NCBI GenBank assembly: GCA_030704615.1
Contig: CM060731.1
Location: 33,604,001-33,668,000, forward strand
From: Takakia lepidozioides
Lineage: Eukaryota > Plantae > Bryophyta
Length of the DNA stretch: 64,000 bases
Direction: 5' to 3'
Each line of letters starts with the position of its first letter. Position 1 is the stretch's first letter. Of the stretch, positions 12,806 to 26,562 are shown piece by piece. Under the pieces are notes generated by a model. It did no database searches and was not told the DNA's origin. It was given only the letters and a program-made list of their open reading frames with translations. Made by a program: the position numbers and the translations under genes.

Positions 12806-13285
12806 TGGGACCAAATGCAAACTCGTCATCGTATGAGGACGCTCGCCAGAAGAGAATCGAAGAAAACAAGAAACGTATGCTAGAGCTTGGCCTCAAGAAA
12901 CTGTCCAAGAGCTTGACCAAGTTATCCTGTCCATCCAGTGCAACTGTTGGGCGGTCATGTAAGAAAAGATGCCTCTCCCTTGAGGAGCTAGGCATGGAGC
13001 AGAGGCGGTCTTCTCGAGAAGACCGCCAGTTGAGTCGACCAACTCGACCAACTCGAAAAATCAACAACTGGCTTGGAAGACCGCCTCGACCAAGCCAGTT
13101 GTTGATTACACAGACCATTTTGAGATTTCTGGGCTGCGGGCAAGGTGTGGTCCAGGGGAGACAGACAAAGTCTCCCTCGCCGGTACTTCTCTGATAAGGC
13201 TCGCATGGAAGCCATTGAAGCTGCTGAAGAAATCACTGAAGGCTGAGATAATCCCTCCATCCTCAAACCAATGTGACACTCCAAT
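12806..13285 (+). pseudogene. N-terminal part of a B3/REM-like gene, scrambled
   Basis: SYEDARQKRIEENKKRMLELGL...RRSSR, then SDKARMEAIEAAEEI..*DNPSILKPM* with stops. Confidence 0.65.
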
Positions 13286-15853
13286 AGCCAGCCTGAGCTA
13301 GCCAGCCAGCCACGTGGCTATCAGCTATAATCCCTTGGGCGCAGATGTTGAGGACGAGCACACTGCACACACAGCAATCTGCTTCCTTGTGAATTCCTTT
13401 CAGTGATCTGTAAGCTGTGGGAAAAAGTGGGCATTTCCGTTGTCGTTACTTGCCTTTACTCCTTTAAGGTATAAGAAAGAAATACATGCATTGAATGCAG
13501 CCTGGTGGTCTTCATTCACCTTACAGTCACCAAATCTGAAGTCCTGCAGTCCTTTTTGGGTATTACAAGGATTTGTCAGTCATAATCTGGTCTTATCCTT
13601 CGATGGCAGGTACAGGAGCGAGGGTACTACCGGCTTAGGGCTTGGATCCCTTATGTCTATGCAAATGAGCTGGAGGATACCCAGGTATGCAAGATCGTTG
13701 GACCCTCTATGGACGTTTACAAGTTTTTCCTTTGGTTTTTCTACCTCTTTCTTCGTTTCCTACTTTGTCCCATGCGCCCTCGGCCCCCCGTGAACGTTAT
13801 GTGTTTCCTTTTTAGTTAGCGGCAATAGGCAAGATCCGGGTCAAACTTTACAAGGAAACCTCTTCATGTAGCCAGCGAATACAAGGGAAAGTTACAAACA
13901 GCAGAAGCGCCATTTCAATCCTAGGACACAGGCTCTCCACAGTTCAAAACAGCAATAACGAAGCCAAGACTCCAGATCAACCAGAAGTGTAAGCGACCTC
14001 CATGAAATTGTTTGGTCTGGAAGACCTCAGTTGCTCCTGTCTATTTAGAGGCTAGACGACTAGAAATGTCTGGCAGCTTACTTGCATGAGGCATGTCTTT
14101 TGGAAACCTTTGGCATATTGTGATGTGGTTGCTTGTCTTTCTATTTATTGCAGAGGTCCTTGGGCCCCCATGTGGATGTAATAAAGTTTCTTTCCTTTGT
14201 CTTTCTTTCCCTGTGTAGGTGATGTGGTTTGTTTCCTTTTTCCTATATTTTCATTGCCCTGGGGCACACAGGGAGGTAAGAAATAGTTCCTCTTCTCTCT
14301 CTTCTCCAAGTTGATTTGCATAGCTGGTTTGTTGAATGACAAGGATAGTACTGTAGCGGGTACTGGAATGCTGGGAAAGGGACGTGGAGGAGTACTCTAT
14401 TAGGAGGGCCACATGCCAAAGGGATCCACATATCAGGAGATCAGGAGGTGTGATGGAAAACAATGATCTTGTAGGTATGGTGGTGGTCAATTTGTTGCAC
14501 CCTCTTGGTGCGGGCAGGTTCAGGACACCTCAACAATGGAGCCTAATGACTGCTCTAAAAGATGCCTGGAGGCAGCTGCAGAATGCACCATTGTGGGTGG
14601 CGGAGGTAACTAAGCCTCTGTGATTGCAAAAACAGCCACCGGAGGCAACCCGGGCTCAGGTTTCACAAAAACTTTGCCTGTTGCCATGGGCCTACTTGTT
14701 TTTCCACCAACATCATCCCAGAAATTGGCTTCTGCAACATTGCACACCAGCCTAGGCAAAAGGCTGTGAGAATGAGGGCAAAGGGGAGGGCAAGGCTAGG
14801 AAAGCCTCGTAGACACAAGACACAGAGCAAGACCTACTTTCAAAATTCTAAGGCCAAGTTGGGATTTTTGGTCCCTGATGGGATGGGCAATCAGGTGGAA
14901 GGGGTGGTGGAAGTCACAAGCGAAAAGCCAAGACCTTTGACACCAGTAGCAACAATGTTGGAGCTAGGGTCCAAATCAACAGAATGTGGTGTTGGAGTGT
15001 TTGTTCACTTCAGTGTAAGTGGTAATCCTTAATTAGCAAGTTGTACACTTGTTATACATGTATAAATGTGTCTGTTATCCTCATAGATAGGATATGAGGG
15101 ATTGAGATAGAAATAGCAAAAGCTGAACTCATCGTATTTAAGCAAACCATTCAGGGCATTCTTATTAGAAAATAGATTCTCTACTGTATGAAAGTGAAAT
15201 CAATGTCTTGTCTATGAATACATTGTACGTGGAAGTTAGAGTACTCATCATATTTCCCATTGTGAAAGTTTGCAATTAAGTGTCACCATGAACTCTAGTG
15301 CAACCAAGAGCTTTAGAAGCCATCCAGGCCAACAGGTTATGGGCCCACAGGGTTCAGATGAGTAGGGCTGCCAAAGCTCCTTAAGTCATTCCCCAAATTT
15401 GGTGGTGAGAACTTTTATCTTTGGAAGTTCAAGATCTGTGTGGTGTCGAAAGAGAGAGGAAGCTGTGGAAAATATTGAAAGGGACTAGGCAAAGTTCTTC
15501 AAAACATGATGCAGCAAACAGATTGTAGTATTATGAGAGGGACTAGAGACCCTGCGAATGTTGGCAAGGCCATTGATGCTTTCCGTTCAAACTAATAAGA
15601 ACGTATATATAATATACGCGCGTGTGGCAGTGAGAGAGCGAGACAAGGGATACCTAGCATACCACTAGCATTCATGTTTTAGCCCCTTCTTTCTATTCCA
15701 AGATAGCACCTTGTCTGAGCCAAAAACACAATGCAGAAGCATGCCAGTCTCAAAGCCAACCTCCACCTTTTGACCAATACATGTCCGCATTTGAGCCACC
15801 AAATCAGACGCAATCAGAAATTGCTTGTCCTAACAGGTAGATTAAATAAATAG

Positions 15854-18800
15854 CTAGTCAGTCTTTGGTTTTTGTGGCCGCCTGGTTCTGATGATGGTTA
15901 CAGCACCCAGCAGTAGTGACAGCACCACTAGTCCTGCACCCACTGCCAACCCATACACCAGTTGAGTAATTTTCAGTTTCTACTAGCCTCTAGCACACTT
16001 CAGTGGCACTTGCTTTCTCAAGACTGTAAGGGAGTGAGGAATCTTTGAAAAGATGCCAGTACCTTCCCCTGGTTTTGTAGAAGGTAAGGCACGACAAGAA
16101 GAAAATGATCCTATCCTCACCATCCATCTCTCATTCCATCTGCTGTCTCAACCTGCATATTGGGGGAACAGACCCTGAAGTTGCCCACAACCCTTCTGAG
16201 GGATGTTGAAGACTCACTGAAGAAGGACAGTTTGATGATGTGGGTGACATCTCTGATGGCTTGTCACTTACTACCAGATGGAACTCTCTGAGATCCTGTC
16301 TGATGAAAGGAAGGAGGGCGTACCAGTGAGAGTGCCGAAAAAAATGATGGCTAGCATATACTTCCGGTACCATGGCAAATCAATTTCGATTATGCAGTGT
16401 TTGCGCAACTCCCTAGCCTGCAGAGGCTGTGCATCCAGATACCCAGGCTGGAGTTCTGGCAAACTGATTGTTGTACCAATTACAGGGACTCCAAGAACGT
16501 CTCTGACTCGAGCTTGGACAGTGACGGGTTGCGCGTCCCAATCAATCTCCAAAGTCCCAAAGTTCTGTTTGCCTGTGTTAAGAAGGGAAGAGTTTGTGAG
16601 GTTGCAACTTGATCCCTATTATCCTTTTCATATAGCAATTGATATGAGTTGTCTCAGCCAGAGGACAGGTTTGCCAAAAGCTCCAGTGGACTCTTTTACT
16701 GTGCCTCAAGAGGCCAGGACTATGGGCACCTTCAAGCTGTTGAGATCCTTCAGGGTTTCCTTCCCCCTTCAGCATTCTCCTAGCAGCTGCCCATTGGACT
16801 TCCAACTTGTCAATTTGTGAGGGAATAGTTTACTTGATGAGGCCCCTGTCGACCGGGAAGCAGATGGTTCTATAAACTTATGACACATCAACAAGTAAGA
16901 ATGCACCTTCCATGACATGTTATGTGTATGTAAGTTTTCTGACACATACACATTGAATGAGATGAGACAGACTGGGAGACACACCATACCCACCATAAAT
17001 GCAGGACCGGGACCGGCAGTCTGAGTTGCGGACGCGCATTGTCTCAGGCATCAACCAGGCTGCAAAAGGCAAGATGTACGAAAAGGGAGGGGAGGCAAGC
17101 TCCTCCACACCCTGGGTAAGCCCACTTGAGGTGATGTCATAAATAGGGTATGAAAGACCGCAATCATAGCGGGTGATCTCACAATAATGCACATCTCCGC
17201 TTATGAAGATGACCCCGCTGACCTGTAACCCACAACCCATACAGATGTGAGGCACATCTACTCGGCATACTCTAAACATGGTCTTTCTTTCTTCCCCAAG
17301 GATAACCAAACATACTGCTGCTGCTTGCCTGTATGCCATGGTAATAACAAATGCCCAAATCGGCTTGCCCTGTCAACTGACAGTCAAGTGAGTATGTTTC
17401 TGGTTTCAGTTTCTACGTGCACAGAAATAACATATCCTACTTATGCTCATGTTACTGCAATGTCCTGCTACGCAGCAAAACTAAAAATGAAAACCAAGAG
17501 AATTTATCAAACACCCCAAACATGGCTTGGAGGTAGAGCATATCATGCAAGTGAGCAGCTAAGCATACATACGTTTGTTTCCTGAAGGAGGCCATAGAGT
17601 CTTAGCCGCTCCCTAGGAAAGTTGTTCCATGACTCTATGCTGAAGAAAGGTTGAGTCATTGCTGAAAAGTTGGCCACTACCTGCGAGCAAACACAGGCAG
17701 TTGAGAAACAATGTTTATGTTCCATCAACCCTTCTGCTGATAATGAACACAAATAACTTGACTACACAGGATTCCACCAGGCCTGTTTCCACACTCACTC
17801 TAGATTTTAGTGCAACAAAGCATATGGTGTAGCACTAGCTACCATCATCGTGGTACTTTCCTTGATTCCTCCACAGGCTGCATGTGATCAGCCAGATTGT
17901 CATTGATGGCATGCAAGGTTTATGACATTTGTGACTCCAGATTGTACCTGAATGGATGATGCAATGATGTTGATCTGGGCATCACTGTGTCGCAACTCGT
18001 ATTCAAACCATCTCCACTGAACGTCACCCAGCATGGTACCATCGCTGAACACTGGGTCCCTGTGATACCTGGTGTCCAAAAGAATTACCTATTGAACACT
18101 TGCTTTAGGATTCCTCTGTCAGCCTTGTCATGGTGACATTGATAGTATGCTGTTTACCCTATAAAACCAACCTGAACTCAGGAGGGCAAATAAACTGTCA
18201 TCCACAACAGTCACTATACCTTCAGCAGGGCACATCTGTGCAACAGCATGTGCTTACAAGGAGAGAAACTGAAAAAGAGAAAAGGCTCATGAGAGAGGGG
18301 ACTACATTGAAGTCTAATTCCAAGTTTCACACCAACAGAAAGGAAGCAGGAGATATGCACCAACATAGACACCACTAATGGACAGGAATCACCTTGATTC
18401 GCTTCCCAGCCGGTCCATAAGTGTATGATGTATATACACCCTTCTGCTTCCGCCTGCGATAGTCAAATTACTGGCTTCAGTATGTATACAGGTACAAGCA
18501 CCATGCTACTTTGATTCTTAGACTGAGCGCGCAGGAATCCTACTCCCACATTTGAGCCCGCCGACAAAACACGGGAGCATCAAACCATTGCATTCTTTTC
18601 ACAACTCTGGTCACTTTTAATTGGAGGCTAATGTGTGTATTACTATTTCATAATAACTTATACAGTTTTCTTTAACATCCATAAAAACTGCGGTTTTCTT
18701 GTGAGATGGAAAGCTTGACAACTGAAATGCAATCAGGCACAAACCCAATTCCAGAGATGCCGATTCCAGCATTTAATTTTGGAGCACCTCAGTAGTGCCA

Positions 18801-21353
18801 GTCAGTATATACACGTGCATTCACAGACTTTCTGTCCAACAGTGATAGTTGTATAAATTCCAATATGAAACAGCTGAGGCAGATTGTTAAGAATAATCTT
18901 CATTTGTTTGTAAGTTATATGTTGCCTTAGCTTCCATGTCTACTTGTACTAGGAGTCTGATCTGGGAGGAGAATTCTTCCCTCTTGGACAAACATTCATG
19001 ACTATGTAAGGTACTGAGAGCTCACCTGGGGCTATTAAGGGGTTCATCCAAGAAGTCGAGCATCAGCTTCTGGCTGATATCCTTCCCCTCATATTCCTTG
19101 CCAGCATCATTCAATCCGTAGTCATGATCATCCCATGTCCCTATCACCTGTCGGATCCAGAACCGGTTTCAAAATTACACCCGTGCTTGTCTTCTCTGAA
19201 ATTTAAAGAGCATAGGCTGGCAGATGACTTAAACACTATGGAAAAAGAATCCCATAAACATATTGTCGTTCACAAGTATCTGTACAGCAGTCACTTTATC
19301 CAAATCGCCATGAAAGTAGTGTAGTGAAACCTCTGTGCATGAAGGACAGCAATAGGACCACTTCTATTACACTTTCATCTGAGGTTAGAAAGTGCAGCAG
19401 AAGAGAAGATTGCGAGAAGATTACCAACCGCATAGCCTTCTCATATGAGAGAAATATATACCTGGTGCAAAGTTTATCACACAATGCAATCAATCAACTT
19501 AATGAATCGGGGACCAATCCAAATCAAAGAATATGTCAAGTCTGCTCATGCACATGGACACAAGGGTTTCTTCAGTTGTTTCGTCTGACCCTTATCCTCT
19601 GATGAGCTTGAGGGAAGATTCTGTCAGAACCCTGATACCATACTTCCATTATTTTAGTATCCTTTCTTCCACAGACCCTTGAGGGGGGAGAGATGAAAAA
19701 TGAAATGTTAGTTTATAACGTCTATGGAAAGCTCAAAGCAAGAAAGAAGAAAAAGAGTGGGATCCTCAACAGGCCCAAAATCAACTTTTGATCAAGGGAT
19801 TGTCTAAGAGTCTACGCCTCATGTCGATATGCTGCCAATTTCTGATCCTTGTAATGGAAGACCTCTGTGAGCGATCAGCTATCTCGGAATAGACAATCCC
19901 TTGAGCACTTGAGAAACAAACTAACTAACAAATGTGGGCCCTCCAATACCCAGCCCCAACGAGTGAAGGTGGCAGAAGATGCCAAGTAATGGGTAAGTAG
20001 AACAGGTAGTACCTTTGTTTTTTTTCTGAGCGCTCTGTATCCAGATATGTTCTTGGCAATTTGATACTTGTGCTCCATTTCTTCAGGTGACACAGGCCAG
20101 AATCGAGGGACATTTTTCCAGGGGCCCACGGTTCTCTCTTTCCCAGTTATCACAGTGGGTTGCTTGACGTCAGCATAGATGTTGTCCCCCAGCCACACGA
20201 AAAGATGGGGATCAAAACTCAGGATTGCATCCCAGATAGGCTGAACAAAAACAGGAAGTTTTTCAGTTGTGTATTCTATTCTGATGGAACCCTATAAATA
20301 AACATCCCACACATAAATACGACCCTCTCAAAAGCGGGTAGATCCTTCAAGTTGCTTTGGAGGGGTGAGAGCTCTCTCTTTATTAAAACCTTGGCAAAAA
20401 GCTTGACAAGCCAAGAAATACCAACCCTGGCAGGCCCATGGAGCAGAAAAACACGCCAAGTGCAAACATAGAGTGGAGCATGGTTGAGAAGAGGCACAAG
20501 CCATAAAGACCAGAATGTAGCCCTCAAAGCCAGCAATGGCTGCTGAGTGCAAATACTTAGGACTGCTCCATTTCTGCACTGAGACAAAGATTACTAGAGC
20601 AGCACAGTTATAAAAGGCAATCAAGGCACCCCAACAGGGATTCTCCCATAGCCAGGAATAAAAGCGCAACACAATCCAAAGTGCAGTAAATATTATCTGA
20701 GACACATTTCAGTCTCTCTCTGGCTTCCTGGCAGAGTGGTATACAATTCAAGCACATGCAGAGCGATGAGATCATTACCTACCATTCAAAAACGCTCAAT
20801 CATTTGTACGCGTATTACTGTAAGCTGTGCGTGGGCGCTTTTTGGCTATTCCGTTTGATACCCTGGTGACTTGAAACCTTGCGACCGGGTCCGGGAAAGT
20901 CGGTATCCTGAGAAGATATGCCCTCCAGGATACCTCATTGCCAACATTTGCAGGGACCAGTCGCTAATAAAACCTCTTCCTCCAAATGTACTTGCTTCCA
21001 AAACACAATCGGTAACCTTCTCTCAACTCCTCTTTGGCATCCTCCCAGAAACAGTTTCAAAAACCCTACTCTTCTCAATGAATCCCCTCCTCCAGCCCTC
21101 TTCCCGGGAGCACTGTTATGACTGAACTAATTCCCCACCACGATGCAGGGGGGGCACGGGTATTCGAAAGTACCTGGGGTGCACTCTGGTTTGCACATGA
21201 GCCGAATGAAATGCGCGTGAGAGGCTCCAGCTTGTCTCCCACCGAATGACCTTGGCTTTTTAGGATGCCAGCAAACAATTGCAATAGCAGAACAAGACGT
21301 AGAATCCATTTGAAACGACGGGCTGGGTACCCTGAGTCCACTGGCACTCCCAT
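15854..21353 (-). CDS. PhoD-like alkaline phosphatase / metallophosphoesterase, 9 exons, about 468 aa, N-terminal signal and C-terminal TM helix
   Basis: GT-AG exons with consistent phase: 21174-21353, 20013-20240, 19026-19147, 18393-18453, 17948-18088, 17573-17680, 16994-17222, 16324-16572, 15854-15942 (1407 nt). Motifs [46 protein letters not shown]. Confidence 0.93.
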
Positions 21354-22435
21354 CGCTGCAGCACCTTAGCGGTTGGTCAATTTGCTTCCAGGACGTTTTC
21401 TTGCGTGATACTCAATTATTCTTTCCTACAACCTGATTTTTTCATACAGATCAATTGTTCTCAGGCCTTTAGCTATTGACTCCTGTACACCTTCGAAGAG
21501 TCCACTTGTGACCTATCCAGCCTGACTGTATCCGATCAACTACGGAGCATTGCACTATTTCTAACCAGACGATATCTTATTCAAATGTTATTCTCGAATG
21601 TCCAAGAATGGATAATCACATATCACAGCTCCAGCTTCAAAAAACTTTTGTGAAAAGCAAGAAACTGAACTGTACCACAGTGCTCCAATATCTCCCCCTG
21701 CACTTAAAAACTGTCAAGAACGAGGAAGGACAGCCACTACATGATGCATCATACGGACAGGTCTCAAAATGATCCAGCAATTCTCTCAATCTGATCCCAC
21801 TTCTTCAGACGCAACAAACCCAGCACAGCCGGGTAACAGGGTGAGATTATAGCCTGATCAAATCCAGCTCACAAATTTCCAAGCACAGTGAACCGACAGG
21901 ATGCGAACGAATTCAGCTGATATTCAAACAACCCACAACATCCCAGTTACAACTATTTGGAAGACAGGAGAGCAAAAAGAAGGGAAAACTGGACGTATTG
22001 TGAAGAGGCAGCAGGGCAGGCACGTTGCGGTCCCTCATTAGCCCCTCATTAGGCTCCAAGCTTCCATCTCTATCACCTTGCTAAGCAAAATCAGACAATA
22101 TATATTTCTTACTATGTCCATGCATTTGTGTATGCAAGCAATGATAGAAAGCGTACTGTGAGTGTACCTCGGAAGTCTTTCATTTGTGGAGTTCAAGAAA
22201 GATGGCCACCAGGGAATCGTAAACCAAGTTAGGGATCAATCAATATGTGTTGAAGAATGTATTGCTTGTCATGGCAGCGTGTGCCTGTACTTACGTGTCA
22301 GGAAGCAAGTTTTCTTTTTTTTGTTTGTAAGGGTCCGAGAGAGACCTAAAATTTTATTCATGAAGAAAAAGTAACCTCACATGACATGCCATGGAGGCTG
22401 ATGAAAGGGACGCCCCCCCTTGACCAAAAAGCAAG

Positions 22436-22666
22436 TTTTTTTTTTAATTTATTTATTTAAAAGGGAAACACCTGGGAGCGACAGCTCACAAATCAGGCCC
22501 CTTAGTAGTGAGAGGAGAAAATAACCTCTTTCATTTATGCGCCATGAGGCGAATGAGTGGGACACCGCCCAAGAACCATACCACACCCATCAGTAGCAAG
22601 ATTTGACCCCAAACACATTTGGATGGCACTCAGTGCACTTAACCAACTAAGCTGCTGACTGTTGGT
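22436..22666 (-). mobile_element. tRNA-derived SINE, apparently full length
   Basis: On the - strand: A-box-like CAGCTTAGTTGG, degenerate B-box GGGTCAAATCT (22599-22609) and an A-rich tail. Both ends match the copy at 42350. Confidence 0.75.
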
Positions 22667-22929
22667 TGTTTGTTGAAGTTTGTTGTTGTTTTCCTTTACT
22701 ACTTAAGCTCACCCAACCAAGGCTTTTTAGTGGGAAATTTTCGCCCGATTTCAACCTCAAAAAATAAATGGAGTAGGTATTCTGTCGCAAATTCCCTGTT
22801 CTGTTGTGGATGAAATCGCCAAATTTCTCCAAATTAAAAAATCAATTATGGATGAATTTGCCAAATATGGATTATATAAATGGATTAAAGTACAGAGGTG
22901 GATGAATTTCAGTAGATGAACACCGCTAT

Positions 22930-23590
22930 TTTTTGCAAAACTCTGTAGCCACTCGTGATGTTTCCAGATGAGTCTATGTCAGAGCGTGATTGCAATTGAT
23001 CCATTATCCATTTGATCTTGAGTTTGTGATTTCTTGTTATGAGCATGTCATCTATATAAAAGACCAAGATTACTAGCTTCCCTCCTTCATTAATATAGTA
23101 CAAATTGTAATCAGAATTGCTACATTGCAATCCTCGTGACTGGGGTAACTATCTACTTTCTGGTACCAAGCTCGACGAGCTTCAGGCCATAGCTAGAGGG
23201 CCTTGTTCAGTCTGCATACCTTGTGTTTCACTTCCTTGAACCATGAAGCCTTCGGGTTGACTCATAAATACCTTCTCTTGAAGATCGTCATTTAGGAAGG
23301 CAGTTGTCACAGTTGATTCCTTGTTGTTGCTCAAAACCTCTCACCACAAGCCGTGCTTTGAAGATGTTTGGCTGGTTGTCAGAACCCTCCTTCAATTTAT
23401 ACACCCACTTCGTTGAAAATTGGACGCTTACCTTCTGGAAGATCTATTAAGGTCCAATGTATGATTTTTGTCGATAGATGACATCTTAGACTCGCAGTTG
23501 TCCACTTGGGGGAAGCTAGCAACTTGAAAGAACGTAAGTGGTTCATCAGTTTCTGTGATTGCATTCACAAGAAAATCGTCCAAATAACGA
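22930..23590 (-). mobile_element. Ty1/copia reverse transcriptase fragment
   Basis: TKWVYKLK, VTTAFLNDDLQEKVFMSQPEGF, SDYNLYY...VFYIDDMLI; heavily frameshifted. Confidence 0.8.
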
Positions 23591-23934
23591 GGTCGGCTTT
23601 TTGGCGAGTGAACCTCATGCCCACATTGGCTGTATTCTTAGGGGTGGTGGCTCGGGGTGGTGAGCTCTTGGAGGGCAATAGCCATGCAGATGATAGGCCA
23701 CCACCTGATGAGGAAACAATTGGCTACAAGGCTGATTTGCTTCCTCATGTGCCTGTTCATATTCCACTGTGGGATACAGTTGGGAATTTACATCGAGTAG
23801 CAGGTGAATGTGTGTACCAAGCATGACATGAGGCCTATCCATTGGCGAGTGAGGGGAATACAATGACATCACCTGGACCTCCTCAGGTAGCTCTTTTGGA
23901 CATAGTGCCCATTACCAAGCAACCACCTGACTCA

Positions 23935-24941
23935 GGGATTTGTTTGCTAGATATGTTTGGAAGCATGAGCACCGAGCTTGCATGAGTGTTGCAAGCAGGG
24001 ATTACAGTACGCAAGTACTTGTATGTGGAGAAAGATGAGATAACTCGGCGTATTTCTATACGCCACATAGCCTTGCTCACACACCAATATCCTGAGTTGT
24101 TGCCTCTCTCAGCAATTCAAGGGTATCAAAAGGCCTTGCCAGCAGACATTACCTTGCTGGGGGCGGATGATTTGGACCGGCATGGTGCCATTGACTTGAT
24201 GATAGCTAGATGACGTTGCCAATGACAATCTCCCGCAGGTCATGGGAATGGCTTGCATGATGCACGATCGCATTTGTTTTAGGAGATGTTGAGAGTGTTG
24301 CGTGACTTGCAGACGAGGCAAGTGCAACCTCTAGCCTATATCTTGGAGAATGTTCATCTTATAGGGGACTTTCGGGCCAGGGTTATGGCCAGTGTACATC
24401 AGGTGCGGTCTTGGATTGGATCGGCGGTGCTATTAGATATAACAGCAGTGGGATCACGAGCGCATCGACCTAGGTTGTGGTGGACCAATCTTGCACCACC
24501 AGAGTTGTGCAAGAGAGCATATGGTTCCATTCAACGGCCACCCAATCTCACGGTTCAGGGCATTTTGGACCAAGGGAGGCAACCACAAAGGGTGCGACAT
24601 GATGACCGTCCACCTTTGGTGGTGGTCAATAGAGTGGGGCAGCCACGTGCGGCCTTGCCTACAGTCATGAGCTTATCTCATCTCATGCTTTTCGAGACAA
24701 TGGTCTAGGGTTGATTTGGAACAGTACACTACAGCAATTGGTGGAACCCAGTGCGGATGAGCGAGAGCGAGCAATGGGATTTGCCACGGGCACTACAGCT
24801 GTGCCAGCTTTGTTCGAGGTATCACGCCGACATGTATTGGGTCAAGCGATGGATCTAAATTGCTTGACATGGATCATTGGCTTGTGCATGGCTAAGCAAT
24901 GGAGGTTGCAGACAATGGTGACTACTTCTGCATTCCCATTG
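23935..24941 (+). pseudogene. C5 cytosine methyltransferase domain (DNMT3-like), retrotransposon-encoded, inactivated
   Basis: Motif I LLDMFGS; II YLYVEKD; IV DLMIAR*RCQ*QSPAG (from GWPCQG); VI YILENV; VIII RAHRPRLWWTN; IX ERERAMGF; X RHVLGQAMD. Confidence 0.88.
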
Positions 24942-26562
24942 GGGTGAAAGCATGCTAATGTGTACCACTGACCCTCATGAAAATGATTTATTTTTTGGTG
25001 TTGGCGCGTTGTGCCGCGGTGCGTGGAAATGATATGTCCGGATGAAAACCGCGCGATGAAAACGTGATGAAAAGTGGGCACGGCGACGCCATCCCTTGGA
25101 TGCTCGTACACCCTGGTCTCCTCTACGACGGCGTACTAGCCACTGCGCACAGTCTCAGCTAAGAAGCTGACGAGTACCGAGCAGTGATAGTGAGCGCACA
25201 CAAGCTGGAGCTGGAAGGAAGTAACCCTGAAGGATTGGGGCAGAGTAGCTTTGTGAATGTGTAAGTATTCCTACATTATGAGCCATGCCTTAGTATCACC
25301 AATGTCAGATATCTTTCTGGCCTGTAGATGCCAAATGTGCCAGGTATCGGTGCAGGCAGTGATTGTTGACTTGCAAGGCTTGATCTCTCATCTTCTCTAG
25401 CCTTGGCTCGATTGGTTCGTAAGGAGCCTGGTCTTGCGACTCTGCCCATGGTGGCTCTCTCATTGCTGCTCAGTAGCGAGGGCCAAAAAGAATTTGAGGT
25501 AGCCGGGCTTACATTCACTGCAAAAGCCACTTTGGCTTCCATTCTTGATTACATCTATGTTGCATTGAAAGAATCAAAACTTTTATTTTTCACTGTCTCC
25601 TGTTTTTCTCTGGTAGTGTACACTTAGTTTCAGTCTGACTCATATCGGATGGTCGTTAACACTCACCAGCAAAGAGTAGGGTATGCGTAGAGGACGCTGC
25701 AAAAGAGAATGGATGCTGAGCTTTTTGTCACAAAGATGTCACTGCCCAATGACATCAACTCTGCTGTGACTGCCAATCGACGGGTCAGTTGAAGGAGAGA
25801 GCAAAGAGAAATTACCTGTAATAAATTAGAGAATAGTTCTGGTCAGACTGATGAGGTAGGACACCAGCCTGATCCTTGAAAGTTGTAAACATGTTTGGAT
25901 ACAGCTCATCTATCACTCCTGTTGCCTTTACCAAAACACATCAGTTTGCAGGGAACAAACATATTGGGCATATTCTGGCATTTGGCTTGCTACAGGCCTT
26001 GGGGATGTAGCTCCAGCCCTTCAGCGAAAGCAAACGTTGATTCCTTTTGGTATGTTGCTGAGTTTATTCTATGCCTTGACCATTGTACATGCAGTAGAAA
26101 CTTTGCTGAAGGATGGAAAAGTGTTCTCACCACTGAGCATATTGGGCAATCTTTATTTTGGGGGTCATGCATCTGTGGATCTCTCTCTGTCTTTATTCTG
26201 TTTTGTGAGCTCTTGGTTAAGAGGTCTAATGGTACAGAGTAGGATGATATGCAAAATCATGTGCAGATCTGCCTTGTAGTGTGGTCAAGGTTTCTTCCAG
26301 GCCTTTCCATGTGTCTCCCACAATCTGCACGGGCCGCTTCTGAGGTGATTCTTTCTATATTGAGTGACAGGGATCGCAGTAAGCCTTGGGTGAGCAAGTA
26401 CAAGGCACATTTAATAGCACAACACGACACGCTGCTGCAACAACAGACTGAGACCTACACCAAGCTCTACAGCTTCCACCATCTCATCAATGGCAAGTAC
26501 TTCCACATTAGTCTCTACAACCATGATTACCCCAAATGGCCACTCTCTCGTGGTCCAGATTG

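Noticed and set aside
13800-15030. Possible decayed LINE ORF1 or other gene remnant
   Set aside because: No diagnostic motif recognisable in any frame.
23935-24941. Host DNMT3/DRM gene
   Set aside because: Intronless, no visible PWWP or UBA domains, unpermuted motif order, and continuous with a retroelement pol.
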